From Deltaproteobacteria bacterium (GTDB lineage Bacteria; Myxococcota_A; UBA9160; SMWR01), in assembly GCA_032128115.1 (NCBI GenBank), contig JAQBHB010000047.1:32001-96000 (forward strand): a DNA stretch of 64,000 bases. The letters are read 5' to 3'. A program made the translations under genes and the position numbers. This document shows positions 61,440 to 64,000 of this stretch, in pieces. Numbering within the stretch: position 1 is the first letter of the stretch; every line of letters starts with the position of its first letter. A model generated the notes under the pieces. It was not told the origin of the DNA. It ran no database searches and saw nothing but the letters and a program-made list of their open reading frames with translations.

Positions 61440-63887
61440 ATGCCGCGATCCGGAACCAGACGATGGATGGGCGAACTCGCCTGGATCCTGCTCCTGGTGC
61501 TCGCCCTCTCGGGTGTCGCCCTCGCCCAGGACGAAGGATTCGACCTGGAGGAGGAGGGCGGCTTCGAGATCGAAGACACCGCCAAGGGAAACCAGCAGGC
61601 CTACAAGGAGGTCACGAATCTCGAGAGCGAGATCGAGCTGGGATTCTTCTACAACAGTTCGGACGACCAGCTGTTCGGGAACTACAACGGCTTCCTCGAC
61701 GACCGCTTCTACGCGCTCGGAAACGTCGACATCTGGCGGCGGAACCTCCACGACTGGGGCGACGATTACTCCGTGCGGCTGCGAGGTCAGAACCTGGGCC
61801 TCGATTCTCGCTGGGCCGGCGCCGAATTCGGACGGCAGGGTCGCTATGGGGTGTTCTTCGAATACGATCAGCTTCCGGTGTTCCGCTCGGAGACGACCGA
61901 GAGCTTCTTCCTGGGGCTCGGAACCCCGAGCCTGACGCTGCCCATGCCGTGGACTCCCGGCAACAACGGCACGCAGATGACGGACCTGGACGCAAACCTG
62001 CGATCCTACGACGTCGAATCGCAGCGAAAACGCTGGTCGGGCGGCGGATCCCTGGAATTCACGGAAGAGTTCGGCCTCGACGTCCGCTACGACTACGAGA
62101 CCAAGAAGGGCAACAAGCTCTCGGCGGCGATGATGGGCCTTAGCGGGGGAAACCCGCGCTCGGTCGTCGTTCCCCAGCCGCTCGACTACCGGACGCAGCA
62201 ACTCGACGCGATGTTCCGCTACGTCGGCGACGACGCCCAGTTCTCGTTGGGCTACTACGGCTCCGGCTTCGACAACGGAAACAACTTCTTCGAGTGGGAG
62301 AATCCGTACCTGCCCCAGGCCACGTGGAACCCCACCGCCGGCTACAACTGCACCGCCGACGGCTCGCCCTTCCCGGGCCTCGAGCCCGCGGGCTGCGGCA
62401 TGGGGCGCAAGGCGACGGCGCCGGACAACTGGTTCCACCAGATCCTGGCGTCGGGCGGATACGATCTGCCCCACCGCAGCCGTGTCACGCTCAGCACCGC
62501 CTTCGGCTGGATGCTCCAGGACGACGACTTCCAGCCCTATAGCGTGAATTCGGCCCTGACGGCGACGACCCAGGCAGGGGCCCCCACCGACGGCACGGAT
62601 CTCGCTGCGCTGCCGCGGCTTTCACTCGACGGCGAGATCTTCACGACCGTGCTGGATTTCCGGGTTGCCTCGAAGCCGATCGACAAATTGAACCTGGACC
62701 TGGGCTACCGCTTCGACAATCGCGACAACAACACGCCCCAGGATCTCTACGTCCGCATCCGCGCCGACTCCGAGGATCAGAATCCGGCGGATCCGGCTGT
62801 CGTCGCCAACGATCAGGCCCGGTTCAATCTGCCCTACAGCTACCGGCAGCACAAAGTCGACGCCGATGCGGGATATCGCATCTGGCGCCGCACGGACCTG
62901 ACGCTCGGCTACGAATGGAAGATGACCGAACGCGACCACCAGGAAGTGGAGAAGCTGCAGGAGAACACGATCGGGGCCATCCTGACGAGCCAGCCCACCT
63001 CCTTCTTCGGCACGCGCATGAGCTACGGACACTCCTGGCGCAACGGCAACGACTACGTGGGGAATCGCCCCTTCGTCGAAGGCAATACGCCGCTCGTGAT
63101 TGCGGGCGACGCGGCATCCTGCCTGGGGTCCGGCCTGATTCCGGCCGATGAATGCCCCTTCGAAAACCACCCGCTGCTGCGGAAGTCCTACCTGGCGAAT
63201 CGGGAACGCGACGAGTTCAAGTTCTCGTTCTCGATCGTGCCTCGCGAAGACACGACGCTCGCCTTGTATGTGAACTACATGGACGAAGACTACGAGGATT
63301 CCGAGGTCGGCGTCACGAACGTGCGAAACTGGGGCCCCGGGATCGACCTCTCCTATACACCGTGTGAACGCCTGTCGACCCACACCTTCTACAGCTACCA
63401 GGATTTCAGGACCATGCAGAACGGCTGGTCGTTTACGGGGACGGGAGCGATGTTCACGCAAGTGACCGACCCGGACCGGCGCTGGAGCAGCACGGACCAG
63501 GATCGCACCCACACGGTCGGAGTCGGCTTCGATCTGGGAATCCTGCCGGGCCGACTCGACTTCGGCGCGGACTACCTGTTCGCCCGGAGCAACGGACAGA
63601 TCGATCTCACGGTGGGCCCGGCCCTGACGGCCGGGGCCCCGTATCCGGATTCGACCAGCACGCAGCACAATGCGAGCGTGTACGCCACGTACCAGTTCAC
63701 CGAGAACATCTCCATGCGGATCGGCTACCTGTTCGCGTACTTCAAGCAGAGCGACTGGGCCGTCGACGGCCTGGACCCGGACTCGCTCTCGTGCAGCACC
63801 AACGCCTGCGTGATCGGCTCCGGCCGCGACTCCGAGGGCTATACGGCCAACGTCGTGAGCTGGTCGCTGACCTACCGCTTCTGGTAG
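61440..63887 (+). CDS. mtrB: MtrB/PioB-family decaheme-associated outer-membrane beta-barrel
   Basis: Follows mtrA; GQNLGLDSR, PLDYRT, APDN, ENHPLLRK, C-terminal YRFW; GGAGG before ATG 61440. Confidence 0.93.
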   Translation: MPRSGTRRWMGELAWILLLVLALSGVALAQDEGFDLEEEGGFEIEDTAKGNQQAYKEVTNLESEIELGFFYNSSDDQLFGNYNGFLDDRFYALGNVDIWRRNLHDWGDDYSVRLRGQNLGLDSRWAGAEFGRQGRYGVFFEYDQLPVFRSETTESFFLGLGTPSLTLPMPWTPGNNGTQMTDLDANLRSYDVESQRKRWSGGGSLEFTEEFGLDVRYDYETKKGNKLSAAMMGLSGGNPRSVVVPQPLDYRTQQLDAMFRYVGDDAQFSLGYYGSGFDNGNNFFEWENPYLPQATWNPTAGYNCTADGSPFPGLEPAGCGMGRKATAPDNWFHQILASGGYDLPHRSRVTLSTAFGWMLQDDDFQPYSVNSALTATTQAGAPTDGTDLAALPRLSLDGEIFTTVLDFRVASKPIDKLNLDLGYRFDNRDNNTPQDLYVRIRADSEDQNPADPAVVANDQARFNLPYSYRQHKVDADAGYRIWRRTDLTLGYEWKMTERDHQEVEKLQENTIGAILTSQPTSFFGTRMSYGHSWRNGNDYVGNRPFVEGNTPLVIAGDAASCLGSGLIPADECPFENHPLLRKSYLANRERDEFKFSFSIVPREDTTLALYVNYMDEDYEDSEVGVTNVRNWGPGIDLSYTPCERLSTHTFYSYQDFRTMQNGWSFTGTGAMFTQVTDPDRRWSSTDQDRTHTVGVGFDLGILPGRLDFGADYLFARSNGQIDLTVGPALTAGAPYPDSTSTQHNASVYATYQFTENISMRIGYLFAYFKQSDWAVDGLDPDSLSCSTNACVIGSGRDSEGYTANVVSWSLTYRFW

Positions 63888-63929
63888 CGGCTTCGGATGG
63901 TGACGGTCATCCGGCGCCGCGTCGGGACG

Positions 63930-64000
63930 CTATCGGCCCGGTAGAACCTCCAGGATGTGCCGGAGCCGATCGCCGTTGCTGTATCCGCTGCGCTGACAGC
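63930..64000 (-). CDS. Probable 3' end of a convergent gene entering from the right edge
   Basis: Minus frame reads CQRSGYSNGDRLRHILEVLPGR* with mostly G/C third positions; too short to assign. Confidence 0.35.
   Translation of the reverse strand, partial: CQRSGYSNGDRLRHILEVLPGR

Noticed and set aside
1..64000. rRNA, tRNA, transposase, integrase, prophage or defence genes
   Set aside because: None recognised; intergenic spaces are short and show no cloverleaf or terminal inverted repeats by eye, though small ncRNAs cannot be excluded without covariance searches

Overview
GC-rich bacterial chromosomal window from a diderm: it has an outer-membrane porin-cytochrome conduit, a type IV pilin cluster and lipoproteins. 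The gene content resembles Myxococcota/Ca. Binatota-type lineages (inference, not tested). The first ~35 kb is a lipid/steroid catabolic region. It holds three cytochromes P450, two Ltp/thiolase-like + DUF35 pairs, a TetR regulator, a fused indolepyruvate:ferredoxin oxidoreductase, two F420-dependent enzymes, a sulfotransferase/DUF1214 pair facing a TauD-family gene, and a steroid C/D-ring (HIP) operon (ipdA-ipdB-ipdC-echA20-fadE31-fadE32-fadA6 plus SDRs and a further ACAD). A recurrent 15-bp palindrome (consensus close to GAGACG-N3-CGTCTC) lies upstream of three of these transcription units, overlaps clear sigma70-like promoters at two of them, and differs from the KstR/KstR2 operators. After that come a minor-pilin cluster (fimT/U-pilV-pilW-pilX-pilY1 plus a PilY2-like gene), a Rieske oxygenase, hspQ, a PQQ dehydrogenase, an amidohydrolase, a DHH-like/degenerate-CPBP fusion protein, envelope-modification genes and citrate synthase. 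The most striking element is at the right end: a four-gene operon joining a NapC/NirT tetraheme and a NirB-like diheme cytochrome to an MtrA-type decaheme and an MtrB porin, with no mtrC or nirS. It is a candidate new wiring of an extracellular electron-transfer conduit. No rRNA, tRNA, CRISPR array or transposase was recognised. All family calls come from motif recognition by eye, without database searches.
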